Shown here in pieces: positions 19,454-30,755 of a stretch of 64,000 nucleotides of DNA. The DNA is taken from contig OZ244070.1 in NCBI GenBank assembly GCA_965215605.1, forward strand, positions 2,976,001 to 3,040,000. The letters run 5' to 3'. The translations under genes and the position numbers were made by a program. Position 1 is the first letter of the stretch. Each line of letters starts with the position of its first letter. The notes beneath the pieces were generated by a model. The model was not told the DNA's origin, made no database searches, and worked only from the letters and a program-made list of their open reading frames with translations. Source of the DNA: an uncultured Candidatus Binatia bacterium. Lineage in GTDB: Bacteria; Desulfobacterota; Binatia; UBA9968; JAJDTQ01.

Positions 19454-20289
19454 TTAGCGGTTCCGCGTCAGCTTGGGGTCGATGATGTCGCGCAGCCCGT
19501 CTCCCAGCAGGTTGATGCCGAGGACGGTGATGAAGATGGCGATGCCGGGGAAGATGGTAAGCCAGGGGGCGCGGTACATGTAGCTGCGGCCCTCACTCAG
19601 CATGGAGCCCCAGGTGGGGATGCTGGGCGGCACGCCGAGCCCCAGGAAGCTCAGGCTCGCCTCGGTGATGATCACCACGGCCATGGCGAAGGTGGCGATG
19701 ACCATGACGCTGGGCAGCGTGTTGGGGATCACGTGGCGCAGGATGATGTAGGGGTTGCTGGCTCCCAGCGCCCGGGCGGCCTGGACGAACTCGCGTTCCT
19801 TGAGCGACAGCACTTCTCCCCGGACCACCCTGCAGTACTGCACCCACCGGCTGAGCACCAGCGCGATGATGAGATTCACGAGGCCCTGTCCCAGGAAGGC
19901 CATGATGGCGATGGCCAGCAGCAGGAACGGGAAGGCGAGAAAGATCTCCGTGGTCTTGTTGATGGTCTCGTCGAGGAGCTCGCCGAAGTATCCTGCCACG
20001 GCGCCGAGAAAGCAGCCCAGGATGCCGGCCAGGAATACGGTGGCGGCTCCCACCATCAGCGAGATGCGTGAGCCGTAGATGACCCGGCTGAGAAGATCCC
20101 GGCCCAGATTGTCGGTGCCCATGACGTGGGGATTCTCGGCCAGGTCCATCGAGGGCGGGCGGAGCCGCTGCTCCAGGGCCTGCTCCTGGGGATCGAAGGG
20201 CGCCAGCCAGGGCGCCCCCAGCCCGCAGATGCACAGCAGCAGCACGATGGCCCCGCCGCTTGCGACCTTTGCGTAGCGCCGCCAGCCGA

Positions 20290-20293
<4 letters not shown>
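19454..20293 (-). CDS. ABC peptide/nickel transporter permease (DppC/OppC-like)
   Basis: GTDNLGRDLLSR, EFVQAARALGA, EASLSFLGLG, NLLGDGLRD. Confidence 0.92.
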
Positions 20294-21282
<989 letters not shown>

Positions 21283-21286
21283 GAAG

Positions 21287-22588
21287 CTACAGTCCCATCT
21301 GCGCCAGCGACCGGTCAAGCCGCTCCAGCGCTTCGTCCACGTGGTCCTTGGTGACCGTGAGCGCCGGCGTGATGCGGATCACGTTGCCCATGAGCCCGCC
21401 CTTGCCGATCAACAGCCCGTTTTGCCGGGTCAGCTCGAAAAGCCTGAGAACCGTTTCCGGGCTCGGGGTCTTGTCCGGCCCCACCATCTCGATGGCCTGC
21501 ATGAGCCCCATGCCGCGGATGTCGCCCATGAGGGGGTACTTCTCCCGGAGCGCTTCCAAACCGTCCCGTAGCTGCCGTCCGCGATCGGCGGCGTTGGCCA
21601 CGAGCCCTTCGTTCTCGATGACTTCGATGGTGGCCAGAGCCGCCGCGCTGGTCACCGGGTTGCCGCCGAAGGTCGATAGCGACAGCCCCTTGATGCTGTC
21701 GGCGATCTCCGGCCGGGTGATGGTGCCGCCGATGGGGACGCCGTTGGCCATGCCCTTGGCGAAGGTCATGATGTCCGGTTCCACGTCCCACTGCTCGATG
21801 CCGAACATCTTGCCGCCGGTCCGGCCCCATCCCGTCTGCACCTCGTCGCAGATGAACAGGCCGCCGTACTTGTGCACGATGTCGGCCACCTCCCGGAAGT
21901 ACTCCTTGGGCGGGGTAATGAACCCGCCGACCCCCTGGATGGGCTCCGCGATGAACGCGGCGACCTTGCCGGACGTGGCGGTCTGGATGGCGCCTTCCAG
22001 GTCCCTGGCGCATTTGAGGTCGCAGCTCGGATAGGTGAGCCCGAACGGGCAGCGGTAGCAGTAGGCATTGGGGATGTGATGGATGTTGGGGCTCGCGGTG
22101 GGATTGAGCCGCCACGTGTAGTGCCCGGTGAGGCTCATGGCGAGCTGGGAGCGCCCGCTGTAGCCGTGGCGCAGGGCGATGACGTCCTGGGAGCGGGTGT
22201 AGAGCTGGGCCACCAGCACCGCCGTCTCGTTGGCCTCGGTGCCGCTGTTGGTGAAGAAGGACTGCTTCAGCGCCCCGGGGGTGACGGCGGCGAGCTTCTC
22301 GGCCAGGCGGACGTGCGGCTCGTTGGGGTAGAGGGTCGAGGTGTGCTGGACCTTGCGGATCTGGTCCTGGATGGCGTCTACGACCTTGTCGTTGCAGTGG
22401 CCGACGCTGATGGTCACGATGCCGCCGAAGAAGTCCAGGTACTCCCGGCCCTCCACGTCGTAGACCAGGGAGTCCTTGGCCCGGTCCACCACCAGGGGCT
22501 CTTCGTAGTAGTTGGCGACGCAGGAGAAAAGGTACTCCTTGTGCTTGGCCAGTATCTCCTGCTGTTTGTGGGCTTCCATGCGACTCAT
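21287..22588 (-). CDS. Class III PLP aminotransferase (AGXT2/omega-amino acid type)
   Basis: YLDFFGGI, NSGTEANE, AEPIQGVGG, DEVQTGWGRTG, AKGMANG, TFGGNP. Confidence 0.92.
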   Translation of the reverse strand: MSRMEAHKQQEILAKHKEYLFSCVANYYEEPLVVDRAKDSLVYDVEGREYLDFFGGIVTISVGHCNDKVVDAIQDQIRKVQHTSTLYPNEPHVRLAEKLAAVTPGALKQSFFTNSGTEANETAVLVAQLYTRSQDVIALRHGYSGRSQLAMSLTGHYTWRLNPTASPNIHHIPNAYCYRCPFGLTYPSCDLKCARDLEGAIQTATSGKVAAFIAEPIQGVGGFITPPKEYFREVADIVHKYGGLFICDEVQTGWGRTGGKMFGIEQWDVEPDIMTFAKGMANGVPIGGTITRPEIADSIKGLSLSTFGGNPVTSAAALATIEVIENEGLVANAADRGRQLRDGLEALREKYPLMGDIRGMGLMQAIEMVGPDKTPSPETVLRLFELTRQNGLLIGKGGLMGNVIRITPALTVTKDHVDEALERLDRSLAQMGL

Positions 22589-22677
22589 CGGGAACGCCAA
22601 CCTAACACAAAGCCGGCGAAACGGTCAAAGTTGGCGCCTCCATTGGCGGCCTGCCGCGCGGGCATTGCGCGAGATCG

Positions 22678-23355
22678 CTAGCGGGCCTCGCTGTAGAGCC
22701 GCTTCAAGGCAGCCGGCGGCACGCCCGCGAGAAAGAGGATCTTCAACGCCCACATGAGCAGGATGGTCCGCACCGGGCCGTGCTGCTCCCACCGCCGGGC
22801 CGAGCTCACCACGCGAGACCGGAGACAGGCGATGCGGCCTTGCTTCTTGAGGGCGCGCGAGAACGCCACGTCCTCCATCAAGGGAATGTCGGGGAAACCG
22901 CCGAGGCGTTGGAAGACGGAGCGCCGGACGAAGATGGCCTGGTCCCCCGTGGCCACCCGGGTCAGGCGCGAACGCAGGCTGATCAGGCGGCCCACCAGCC
23001 GGAGCAGCGGACGCGCGCTGTCCAGGCGGATGTCGAACCGCCCGCCCACGCACTCCGGCTCGGCCATGCAGCCTTCGACGTCGGTCCTCGCGGTGGCGGG
23101 CAGGGCGGTGTCGGCGTGCAGGAACAGCAGCGTGTCGCCGCCGGCGTGCCGTGCGCCCTCGTTCATCTGCGCGGCGCGCCCCCGGGCGGATGTCACCAGC
23201 CGGGCGGCGCGGTCGCGCACGATTTCGGGCGTGCGGTCCGCGCTGCCGCCGTCGACGACGATGATCTCGAAAGGATCGATACGGCTCAGGTCTTCGATGG
23301 TGCCGCCGATGGTGCGTTCTTCGTTCAGGACGGGAATGATGACGGATAGCCGCAT
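22678..23355 (-). CDS. Family 2 glycosyltransferase (TIGR04283-like)
   Basis: MRLSVIIPVLNEE, VVDGGSAD, GRAAQMNEGA, LFLHADT, TGDQAIFV, PLMEDV, SARRW. Confidence 0.88.
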   Translation of the reverse strand: MRLSVIIPVLNEERTIGGTIEDLSRIDPFEIIVVDGGSADRTPEIVRDRAARLVTSARGRAAQMNEGARHAGGDTLLFLHADTALPATARTDVEGCMAEPECVGGRFDIRLDSARPLLRLVGRLISLRSRLTRVATGDQAIFVRRSVFQRLGGFPDIPLMEDVAFSRALKKQGRIACLRSRVVSSARRWEQHGPVRTILLMWALKILFLAGVPPAALKRLYSEAR

Positions 23356-23405
23356 GGACGGGTTGTCCGCGGGCCGGCGAGACGGGGACTCCGCGCCCCG
23401 TCCGG

Positions 23406-24365
23406 TCAGATCAACGCGCCTCCGCAACTGCTGCCGGTGCCGGCGGTGCAGGCGAAGCAATGATCGGCCGTGAGAATGGGGTGGTCCACGAAGTCCGCCG
23501 CCGAGAAGTCCCGGATGTGCGGCCGGCTGCCGTTCACCCGGCCCAGCGGCATGTCGAGCATCTGGTTGAAATCGCAGTCGTACACCGAGCCGTCCCATGC
23601 CACGCTCAGAAGGTCGCGGCACATGACCTTTTCCAACGTCTCCGCGTTGAAGTTGTCTTCCAGGAGCTGCAGGTAGTCGTCGTACTGACCCCGCTGCTTG
23701 AGAAACTTCTTGAAGCGGGTGATGGGCATGTTGGTCAGGCAATAGAGGTGGTTGAAGACGATCCCGAAGTCGTCCCCGAGCATGCGCCGGTAGTCCCCCT
23801 CGAGCTCTTCCTGCGGCGGCGGCAGGTAGTTGCCCATGGGGTTGTAGACCAGATTGAGCTCCAGCCCCGAATCCGGCCGGCCGTAGCCGAGCCGGTTCAA
23901 CTCCTGGAGCCCGCGCACGCTCAACTCGAAGGTGCCGTTGCCGCGCTGGCTGTCGACGTTCTCCCTGGTGTAGCAGGGCAGGGAGCAGATCACCTCGACC
24001 CGGTGTCGTTGGAAGAACTCGGGCAGGTACTCCTTGCCATCCTCGTAGAAGACCGTCAGGTTGCAACGGTCCATCACGTGGCGTCCCATGCCCCGGCAGG
24101 ACTCCACCAAGTGGTCGAAGTGGGGGTTCAGTTCCGGCGCGCCGCCGGTGATGTCGACGGTGCGGATGTCGGAGTTCTCGAGAAACCGGAGCACGTCGTC
24201 CACCGTGTTCCGGTCCATCATCTCCTTGCGGCCCGGCCCGGCCTCCACGTGGCAGTGGAAGCACGATTGGTTGCAGTACTTCCCCATGTTGACCTGGAGC
24301 ACCTGTAGTTTCTGCTTGCTCATGGCCCGGCCGCTTGCAGCGACCTTGTCGTCGAAGTTTACCGT
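23406..24365 (-). CDS. arsS: Radical SAM protein, ArsS/DUF3641 type; start uncertain
   Basis: QVNMGKYCNQSCFHCHVEAGP, DITGGAPE, DRCNLT, YDCDFNQML, C-terminal HCFACTAGTGSSCGG. Confidence 0.82.
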   Translation of the reverse strand, partial: TVNFDDKVAASGRAMSKQKLQVLQVNMGKYCNQSCFHCHVEAGPGRKEMMDRNTVDDVLRFLENSDIRTVDITGGAPELNPHFDHLVESCRGMGRHVMDRCNLTVFYEDGKEYLPEFFQRHRVEVICSLPCYTRENVDSQRGNGTFELSVRGLQELNRLGYGRPDSGLELNLVYNPMGNYLPPPQEELEGDYRRMLGDDFGIVFNHLYCLTNMPITRFKKFLKQRGQYDDYLQLLEDNFNAETLEKVMCRDLLSVAWDGSVYDCDFNQMLDMPLGRVNGSRPHIRDFSAADFVDHPILTADHCFACTAGTGSSCGGALI

Positions 24366-24528
24366 AACAACCTCCCGAGCACCGGATTGACCCGCGCCCC
24401 GCCGCAGTGTTGCAATTGGGCCTGTCTTGGTCAAGACTTGCAGCGATTTTTCTTGATATCCGGCACCGGTAACCGCTGCATCACGGAGGCTTCGGGGCCT
24501 TCATGACAGCCTGACTAACGGAGGCCTC

Positions 24529-25149
24529 GTGGACCCCCTTTCAAAAGAAATTCTGACCTTTTGGTTTTGCACCGTGGACCTGAGCGTCGAGATGGAGAAA
24601 CGCCAGGTATGGTTTCGGGCGACTCCGGAGTTCGACCGATATCTCGTCGAACATTACACGGAAATCCACGAACGGGCGGCCGCCGGCGAGTTGGACCATT
24701 TCAGGCGGACGCGGGAAGATTGCCTGACCCTGATCATGGCGCTGGATCAGTTCCCTCGGAACATCTACCGTGGTACTCCCCGCGCCTTCGCCACCGATGC
24801 CAAGGCCCGGGACATCGCCGCGTACGCTCTGGAGCAGGGTTACGACCAGGGTCTCGCCCGCTGGCCCCGGACCTTCTTCTACCTGCCCTTCGAGCACAGC
24901 GAGCGGCTGGCCGACCAGGAGCGGGCGCTGGTCCTCTACGGCAGCCTCGGCAACGAGGATTCCATGCGCGCCGCCGTCGGGCACCATGCCGCCATCAAGC
25001 GCTTTGGCCGTTTTCCCCATCGAAACGCCGTCCTGGGACGTCCCAACACCCCGGAAGAGGAAGAGTACCTCAAGGACCCGCCCCTTTGGGGCAAGACGGC
25101 GGCCGAGGCGGCGGAACTGGAGGAGCGGAAGGCGGCGGCAAAGGGATAG
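24529..25149 (+). CDS. DUF924 family protein
   Basis: ILTFWF, LDQFPRNIYRG, FFYLPFEHSE, RFGRFPHRNAVLGR. Confidence 0.9.
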   Translation: MDPLSKEILTFWFCTVDLSVEMEKRQVWFRATPEFDRYLVEHYTEIHERAAAGELDHFRRTREDCLTLIMALDQFPRNIYRGTPRAFATDAKARDIAAYALEQGYDQGLARWPRTFFYLPFEHSERLADQERALVLYGSLGNEDSMRAAVGHHAAIKRFGRFPHRNAVLGRPNTPEEEEYLKDPPLWGKTAAEAAELEERKAAAKG

Positions 25150-25155
25150 AAGCCG

Positions 25156-25336
25156 ATGATTCTGAACGGACAGCGGGGGCGTCAGCGCGGACACGGCTCT
25201 GCGTTTGGCGCGGTATTTCGGGACGACGCCGCAACTGTGGATGAACCTGCAAAAGACCTGGGAGCTTCGCCGGGCCGAGATCGAGGCAGGCCGCGAGATC
25301 GCCGAACGTGTCACTCCAAGACAGTCGGTGGCGTGA
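25156..25336 (+). pseudogene. higA: HigA-type (HTH XRE) antitoxin remnant with frameshift
   Basis: ILNGQRG then, after a shift in the G5 run at 25175-25179, VSADTALRLARYFGTTPQLWMNLQKTWEL...; N-terminus missing. Confidence 0.78.
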
Positions 25337-25350
25337 CGAGGTGGTGACCG

Positions 25351-26448
25351 ATGCCTATCGAGATTCCGGTCACACGAGCCCGGGACCCGAAACTCCAGCC
25401 GCGTGACGATCAGCTCGGCTTCGGCCAGGTGTTCACCGATCACATGTTCCTCATGGACTGGGCGGTGGATACGGGTTGGGCCTACCCGCGCATTGTGCCC
25501 TACGGCCCGCTGGCGCTGGAACCGGCCACCGTCACGCTGCACTACGCCCAGAGCGTTTTCGAGGGGCTCAAGGCCTACCGCGGGCACGATGACGCCATCC
25601 GGCTGTTCCGGCCTGAGCGGAACATCGCCCGGTTCAACCGCTCGGCGGAGCGGCTGTGCGTGCCGCCCGTCGACCCGGAGCTGTTTCTGGCGGCGCTCAA
25701 GCAGCTCGTGGCGCTGGACCGGGACTGGGTGCCGCGGGCGCCGGGGACCTCGTTGTACATCCGTCCGGTGGCATTCGCGAGCGATGCCGACCTGCATGTG
25801 CGGCCGTCCCGCACCTACGTGTTCTTCATCATCCTCTCGCCGGTGGCGGCCTACTATGCCGAAGGCTTCAACCCGCTGCGGATTCGTGTGGAGGACCGCT
25901 ACGTCCGGTCGGTGCGGGGCGGCACCGGCGCGGCCAAGACCGCCGGCAACTATGCCGGCAGCCTGCTGGCCGGAGAAGAAGCCCAAAAGGACGGCTTTGC
26001 CCAGGTGCTGTGGCTGGACGGCATCAACCAGGAGTACATCGAGGAAGTCGGCTCGATGAACATCGCGTTCGTGATCGGCGACGAGTTGGTGACCCCGCCG
26101 CTTGCCGGCACCCTGCTGGAAGGGGTGACCCGCGACTCGGTGTTGCAGCTTGCCAGGGACGAGGGGATGCGGGTTGCCGAACGGCCGGTGAGCATTGCGG
26201 AAGTCATGGCCGCCGCGCGGGGCGGCACGTTGCGCGAGGTCTTCGGCACCGGCACCGCAGCGGTCATCTCGCCGGTGGGCGAGCTGGCTTACAGGGGTGA
26301 GCGGATCCGTGTCCATGACGGTGAGGTGGGTCCGGTGGCCCGGCGCCTTTACGACGTTCTCTCGGACATTCAGCGGGGCCGTCTGCCGGACCGGCACGGT
26401 TGGATGGCGGCGGTCGAGGACGGACAAGCAGAAAGGGGAAGCGCGTGA
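25351..26448 (+). CDS. ilvE: Branched-chain amino acid aminotransferase
   Basis: [54 protein letters not shown]. Confidence 0.95.
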   Translation: MPIEIPVTRARDPKLQPRDDQLGFGQVFTDHMFLMDWAVDTGWAYPRIVPYGPLALEPATVTLHYAQSVFEGLKAYRGHDDAIRLFRPERNIARFNRSAERLCVPPVDPELFLAALKQLVALDRDWVPRAPGTSLYIRPVAFASDADLHVRPSRTYVFFIILSPVAAYYAEGFNPLRIRVEDRYVRSVRGGTGAAKTAGNYAGSLLAGEEAQKDGFAQVLWLDGINQEYIEEVGSMNIAFVIGDELVTPPLAGTLLEGVTRDSVLQLARDEGMRVAERPVSIAEVMAAARGGTLREVFGTGTAAVISPVGELAYRGERIRVHDGEVGPVARRLYDVLSDIQRGRLPDRHGWMAAVEDGQAERGSA

Positions 26449-26987
26449 ACTACGATTGGATGGAAAGCCCGGTGGGGGATCTGCTGATCGCGGCGGACGA
26501 CGCCGCGCTGCGGATGATCAGCTTCCGCGGGGGCCGCTACCCCGGCAAGGTGCCGGAGGGCTGGCGCCGCGGCGGCGCGGTGGTGGCGGACGCGACCGCG
26601 CAGCTCGGCGAATACTTTGCGGGGCGCCGGCGACGGTTCGACCTGCCGCTGACCCCTCCGGGGACGCCGTTTCAGTTGCGCGTCTGGCAGGCGCTTCGGG
26701 AGATTCCCTACGGCGTCACCCGTTCCTACGGCGAGCAGGCCCGGGCCATGGGACAGCCCCGGGCGGTCCGCGCGGTGGGAGCGGCCAACGGTCGCAATCC
26801 GATTCCCATCGTCGTTCCCTGTCATCGGGTGATCGGCGGCGACGGGAGATTGACCGGCTACGCCGGCGGTCTCGACATCAAGAAGTTCCTGCTCGATCTG
26901 GAGAGTCGGTACACGGGCGCCGTCGGGCGGGCGGTCCCCCCGGCGGTTCCGGACCCGTTCAGCCGGGAAGACGGAGCACGGCCATGA
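26445..26987 (+). CDS. ogt: Methylated-DNA--protein-cysteine methyltransferase
   Basis: [28 protein letters not shown]. Confidence 0.93.
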   Translation: MNYDWMESPVGDLLIAADDAALRMISFRGGRYPGKVPEGWRRGGAVVADATAQLGEYFAGRRRRFDLPLTPPGTPFQLRVWQALREIPYGVTRSYGEQARAMGQPRAVRAVGAANGRNPIPIVVPCHRVIGGDGRLTGYAGGLDIKKFLLDLESRYTGAVGRAVPPAVPDPFSREDGARP

Positions 26988-27739
26988 GACTCGAGAATCG
27001 CGTTGCCCTCGTCACCGGCGCGGCCACGGGACTGGGTCGGGCCTATGCGGTGCGCCTGGCCGAGGAAGGCGCTCACGTGTGCGCCACGGACGTGAGTTTC
27101 GCCGGGGTCGAGGGCACCGCCCGGCTGGTTACGGCGGAGGGCCGCAAGGCCTTGGCTTTGGAGATGGACGTCACCTCCGAGAAGCAGACTCTCGAAGGCG
27201 CCAAAAGGGCCTTCGACCACTTCGGCCGCATCGATATCCTGGTGAACAACGCCGGCATCGTGCGCAACACGCCGCGGGTTCCCATCGAAGAGGCCGACGT
27301 GGCCGACTGGCACCGGATCATCGCGGTGAATCTCACCGGAACGTTTCTGGCGTCCCGGGCGGTGGTTCCCTACATGAAGCGGTCGCGCAAGGGCAAGATC
27401 ATCAACATCAGCTCCAGCGTGGCGCTTCACGGCCGCACTCTGAGCCATCAGTACGCGGCCTCCAAGATGGGGGTCATCGGGCTCACCCGGGCGCTGGCCG
27501 CGGACCTCGGCCCCTTCAACATCAACGTCAACGCCATCGCGCCGGGCGGGGTGGACACCTCGCAGGTGCGGGAGGCGCCGGAGACGCCGTCCGAGCACAT
27601 GCTGCGGCAGCGCTGCATCGAGCGTCACCTCTTGCCGGAAGACCTCGACGGCGTGGTGGTCTTCCTGGCCTCGGACGACAGCGACATGATCAGCGGTCAA
27701 CTGATCAACGTGGACGGCGGCCGGGTGTTCATCGCTTGA
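26984..27739 (+). CDS. SDR family oxidoreductase
   Basis: [29 protein letters not shown]. Confidence 0.92.
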   Translation: MRLENRVALVTGAATGLGRAYAVRLAEEGAHVCATDVSFAGVEGTARLVTAEGRKALALEMDVTSEKQTLEGAKRAFDHFGRIDILVNNAGIVRNTPRVPIEEADVADWHRIIAVNLTGTFLASRAVVPYMKRSRKGKIINISSSVALHGRTLSHQYAASKMGVIGLTRALAADLGPFNINVNAIAPGGVDTSQVREAPETPSEHMLRQRCIERHLLPEDLDGVVVFLASDDSDMISGQLINVDGGRVFIA

Positions 27740-27800
27740 CCCGCGCCGCCGCCGACCTTGGTTGAAGGAATTTCCGCGAGGACGACTCGCGGGCACGTGG

Positions 27801-29192
27801 CTAACCCGGGTAGGTGGCCTTCGCCTGACGGCCGTGGCCCTTCTTTCCCACCACCTTGCCGTCGCGGTACACGGTGGTGCCGCGCACGAACGTGCGCACG
27901 GGCCAGCCTTTCAGCGTGCGGCCGGCATAGGGCGACCAGCCGATGAGGCTCAGCACGTCCTCGTCCCGGATCTCCTTCTCGGCGTTGAGATCCACCAGCA
28001 CCAGGTCGGCGTCGTAGCCCACCTCGATGCGGCCCTTGTTGTGGACCCCGAAGATGCGGGCGGCCCCGGTGGAGGTGGCTTCCACCACCCGTTCCTGGGA
28101 GATCTTGCCCTTTGACGCGGCATCGAAGAGAAGACTCATGTAGTACTGCGCGGACGGCGTCCCGGTGTGGGCCTTCCAGCCGTCCTCCCAGCCGATCTCC
28201 TTTTCCTCGCGCGTGTGCGGCGCGTGGTCGGTGGCGACGATGTCGATGGTGCCGTCGCGCAGACCCTCCCACAGGGCCGGCGAGTTCTTCTCCGGGATCC
28301 AGTAGGAGAGGGCGTAGGAGCCCAGCCGCTCGATCTCGCTCCAGTCCGACCCCAGGAAGATCGCCCAGGGGTTGATCTCCGCGGTCACCCGCTGGCCGGC
28401 GTCCTTGGCCCGGCGGATCATCTCCACGGTGCCCTTGGTCTGGACGTGCAGTATGTGCAGGTGTACGCCGGTGGCCGCCTGCAGGCGGATGAGGAACTGG
28501 ATGGCGGTTTCCCAGATGACGCCGTCGTTTTCGGCATAGGCCTTGGCGTAGGCCAGGCAGTCGCGCTCCCCCCGGTCCCAGTACTTCTTTTCGATGTAGT
28601 CCATGAGGGGCTGATCGTGGGGATGCACCATGAGTGGCACGTTGGCCGCGGCGCACGTCTCCATGATCTCCATGAGCTTGCCGTGGTCGTGAACCCCGAT
28701 GCCGGGCATGTGCGGGTAGTCCCGCCCCGTGTCCACTACCATGAACACCTTGAATGCGCCGATGCCCATCTTGGCCAGCTTGGGGATCTCTTCCGGGATG
28801 GTCCCGGCCGGGTTGACGTTGAAGTCGATGATGGACTCCCGCTCATAGACTCCGAACAACTGCTCGAGGCGCGGCACCGTGTTGGGCGGCGGCGTCACGT
28901 TGGGCATGGCCACCGAGGTGGTGACCCCGCCGGCCGCGCACTGCATGGTGGCGGTGTGGATGTTCTCCTTGTAGTCGTAGCCGCCGGGCTCGCCCCCCTC
29001 GCGGTGATGCGAATGCATGTCCACGGCGCCGGGGATCAGCGCCAGATTCGAGGCGTCCACCACCTCCCCGGCCTCGGGCTCGGCGCCGGGCTGGTAGATG
29101 CCCGCGATGACACCGTCCTGGACGCCGACGGAGCCCTTGTGACGGTTGTTGGCGTAGATGATCTCGGCATTGGATATCAGCACGTCGAGCAT
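27801..29192 (-). CDS. Dihydroorotase/allantoinase-family cyclic amidohydrolase
   Basis: PGAVDMHSHHRE, GGVTT..MPN, FKVFM, ATDHAPH, GYDADLVLVD. Confidence 0.88.
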   Translation of the reverse strand: MLDVLISNAEIIYANNRHKGSVGVQDGVIAGIYQPGAEPEAGEVVDASNLALIPGAVDMHSHHREGGEPGGYDYKENIHTATMQCAAGGVTTSVAMPNVTPPPNTVPRLEQLFGVYERESIIDFNVNPAGTIPEEIPKLAKMGIGAFKVFMVVDTGRDYPHMPGIGVHDHGKLMEIMETCAAANVPLMVHPHDQPLMDYIEKKYWDRGERDCLAYAKAYAENDGVIWETAIQFLIRLQAATGVHLHILHVQTKGTVEMIRRAKDAGQRVTAEINPWAIFLGSDWSEIERLGSYALSYWIPEKNSPALWEGLRDGTIDIVATDHAPHTREEKEIGWEDGWKAHTGTPSAQYYMSLLFDAASKGKISQERVVEATSTGAARIFGVHNKGRIEVGYDADLVLVDLNAEKEIRDEDVLSLIGWSPYAGRTLKGWPVRTFVRGTTVYRDGKVVGKKGHGRQAKATYPG

Positions 29193-29207
29193 GGAAGTTC
29201 TCCTTGG

Positions 29208-29804
29208 TTATGGTTTCAGCAGCCGCGCCAGCGTTGGGTAGTCCCGCGCCACCGGAAAGGCGGGGTAGCGTTCGGCGATGGCGTCCGGCGGATTGAACAG
29301 CACGCCGCGGTCCGCGGTGCGAAGCATGCTCAGGTCGTTGTAGGAATCCCCCGCCGCCACCACGCCGAAGCCGATTCCCTTGAACGCCTTGACCGCCTTG
29401 CGCTTGCCGTCCTTCTGGCGCAGCACGTAGCCCGAGATGTACCCGGACCGGCTCACCGTGAGCCAGTTGCAAAGCAGCGTCGGGTTCCCGAGCTTTCGGA
29501 TCAGCGGCATGGCGAACTCGTAGTAGGTGTCCGACAGCAGCACTACCGCCGGAAAGTCCCGCCGGAGGTCGTCCAGGAAGGCTTTGGCGCCGGGCAGCGG
29601 CTTCATGCCCTCGATGACGCCCTGGATGTCGGCGAGCCGGATCCGGTTCTTCCTGAGGATCTTCAGCCGGTACTGCATGAGTTGGTCGTAGTCGGAGATG
29701 TCCCGGGTGGTCAGCCTGAGGTCGTCGTTGTGGAAGTGGTCGGCAACGGCGATCCAGATTTCCGGCAGGAGGACCCCCTCCAGGTCTAGGCAGCAGATTT
29801 GCAT
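29208..29804 (-). CDS. thrH: Phosphoserine phosphatase / homoserine phosphotransferase ThrH
   Basis: CLDLEGVLLPEIW, TTRDISDYDQLM, LSDTYYEF, AAGDSYND. Confidence 0.92.
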   Translation of the reverse strand: MQICCLDLEGVLLPEIWIAVADHFHNDDLRLTTRDISDYDQLMQYRLKILRKNRIRLADIQGVIEGMKPLPGAKAFLDDLRRDFPAVVLLSDTYYEFAMPLIRKLGNPTLLCNWLTVSRSGYISGYVLRQKDGKRKAVKAFKGIGFGVVAAGDSYNDLSMLRTADRGVLFNPPDAIAERYPAFPVARDYPTLARLLKP

Positions 29805-29986
29805 GATATCGATACGTCCGGATTTGGGCCGCGGGCGGGCGATTCCGCGTACCGGAGTCAAGGCGTTTCTAGCACAGGACCGGACCGGAGCAAAACCTGG
29901 AGCGGAGACCGGCCGTCCTTGACAGTTTCGGGAACCCCGTGTCAATGAGAACACTTCACCGACCCATACGAAACAGGAGGAAAGCG

Positions 29987-30727
29987 ATGAGCATCAATAC
30001 CGGAACGGTGGATATCGCCGCCGAAGACGGCAAGTCCATGGGCCTTTACGTGGCCGCGCCCGAGGGCGGCGGCAAGAAGCCGGTGCTGCTGGTGATCATG
30101 GAGATCTTTGGCGTGAACGCCCACATGAAGGAAGTCACCGAGCGTTTCGCGGGTGAGGGCTACGTGGCCATCTCCCCGGATCTCTACTATCGGCTGGACG
30201 AGCGGATCATTCCCAACACCGACCGGGACGGCGCCTTTGCCGCCCGCGGCACCCTCTATGACACCAAGGTCATCGAGGACCTGAACCGCGCCATCGCCTA
30301 CGCCAAGGGACGCGACGACGTGGATCCGGACCGGGTGGGGATCATCGGCTACTGCTTCGGCGGCCGGGTGTCGTGGATGGCGGCGTGCAACTGCCCGGGC
30401 CTGGCGGCCAGCAGCCTGTACTACGGCGGCCAGATCGCCGGCGGCCAGCGGGGCGAGAAGAGCCCGGTGGAGCCGGTGACCCAGGGGAAGAACATCAAGA
30501 TACCGATGCAGTGCGTCTGGGGCGGGCAGGACCAGGGCATCCCGCAGGAGGCGCGCGACAGCATCGAGGGGACGCTGAAAGCCAACAACGTGGACTACGA
30601 GTGGCACCTCTACGAGGAGGCGGGCCACGCCTTCTTCTGCGACGACCGCCCGAGCTATCACGAGGCCTCGGCCAAGGATGTCTGGCCCAAGACCCTGGCA
30701 TTCCTGGGCAGGCACCTGAAAGCGTAA
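29987..30727 (+). CDS. Dienelactone hydrolase family protein
   Basis: MEIFGVN, GYCFGG nucleophile, AGHAFF; AGGAGG RBS. Confidence 0.92.
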   Translation: MSINTGTVDIAAEDGKSMGLYVAAPEGGGKKPVLLVIMEIFGVNAHMKEVTERFAGEGYVAISPDLYYRLDERIIPNTDRDGAFAARGTLYDTKVIEDLNRAIAYAKGRDDVDPDRVGIIGYCFGGRVSWMAACNCPGLAASSLYYGGQIAGGQRGEKSPVEPVTQGKNIKIPMQCVWGGQDQGIPQEARDSIEGTLKANNVDYEWHLYEEAGHAFFCDDRPSYHEASAKDVWPKTLAFLGRHLKA

Positions 30728-30755
30728 GAGACCACCGTTTCAAGGAGGCACGTCA

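Noticed and set aside
22678-24264. 528-aa ORF implying an N-terminally extended glycosyltransferase
   Set aside because: The extension is an off-frame read of the radical SAM gene; the GT2 starts at 23355
26195-27739. 514-aa SDR with a long N-terminal extension
   Set aside because: The extension overlaps ilvE and ogt out of frame; the real start is ATG 26984
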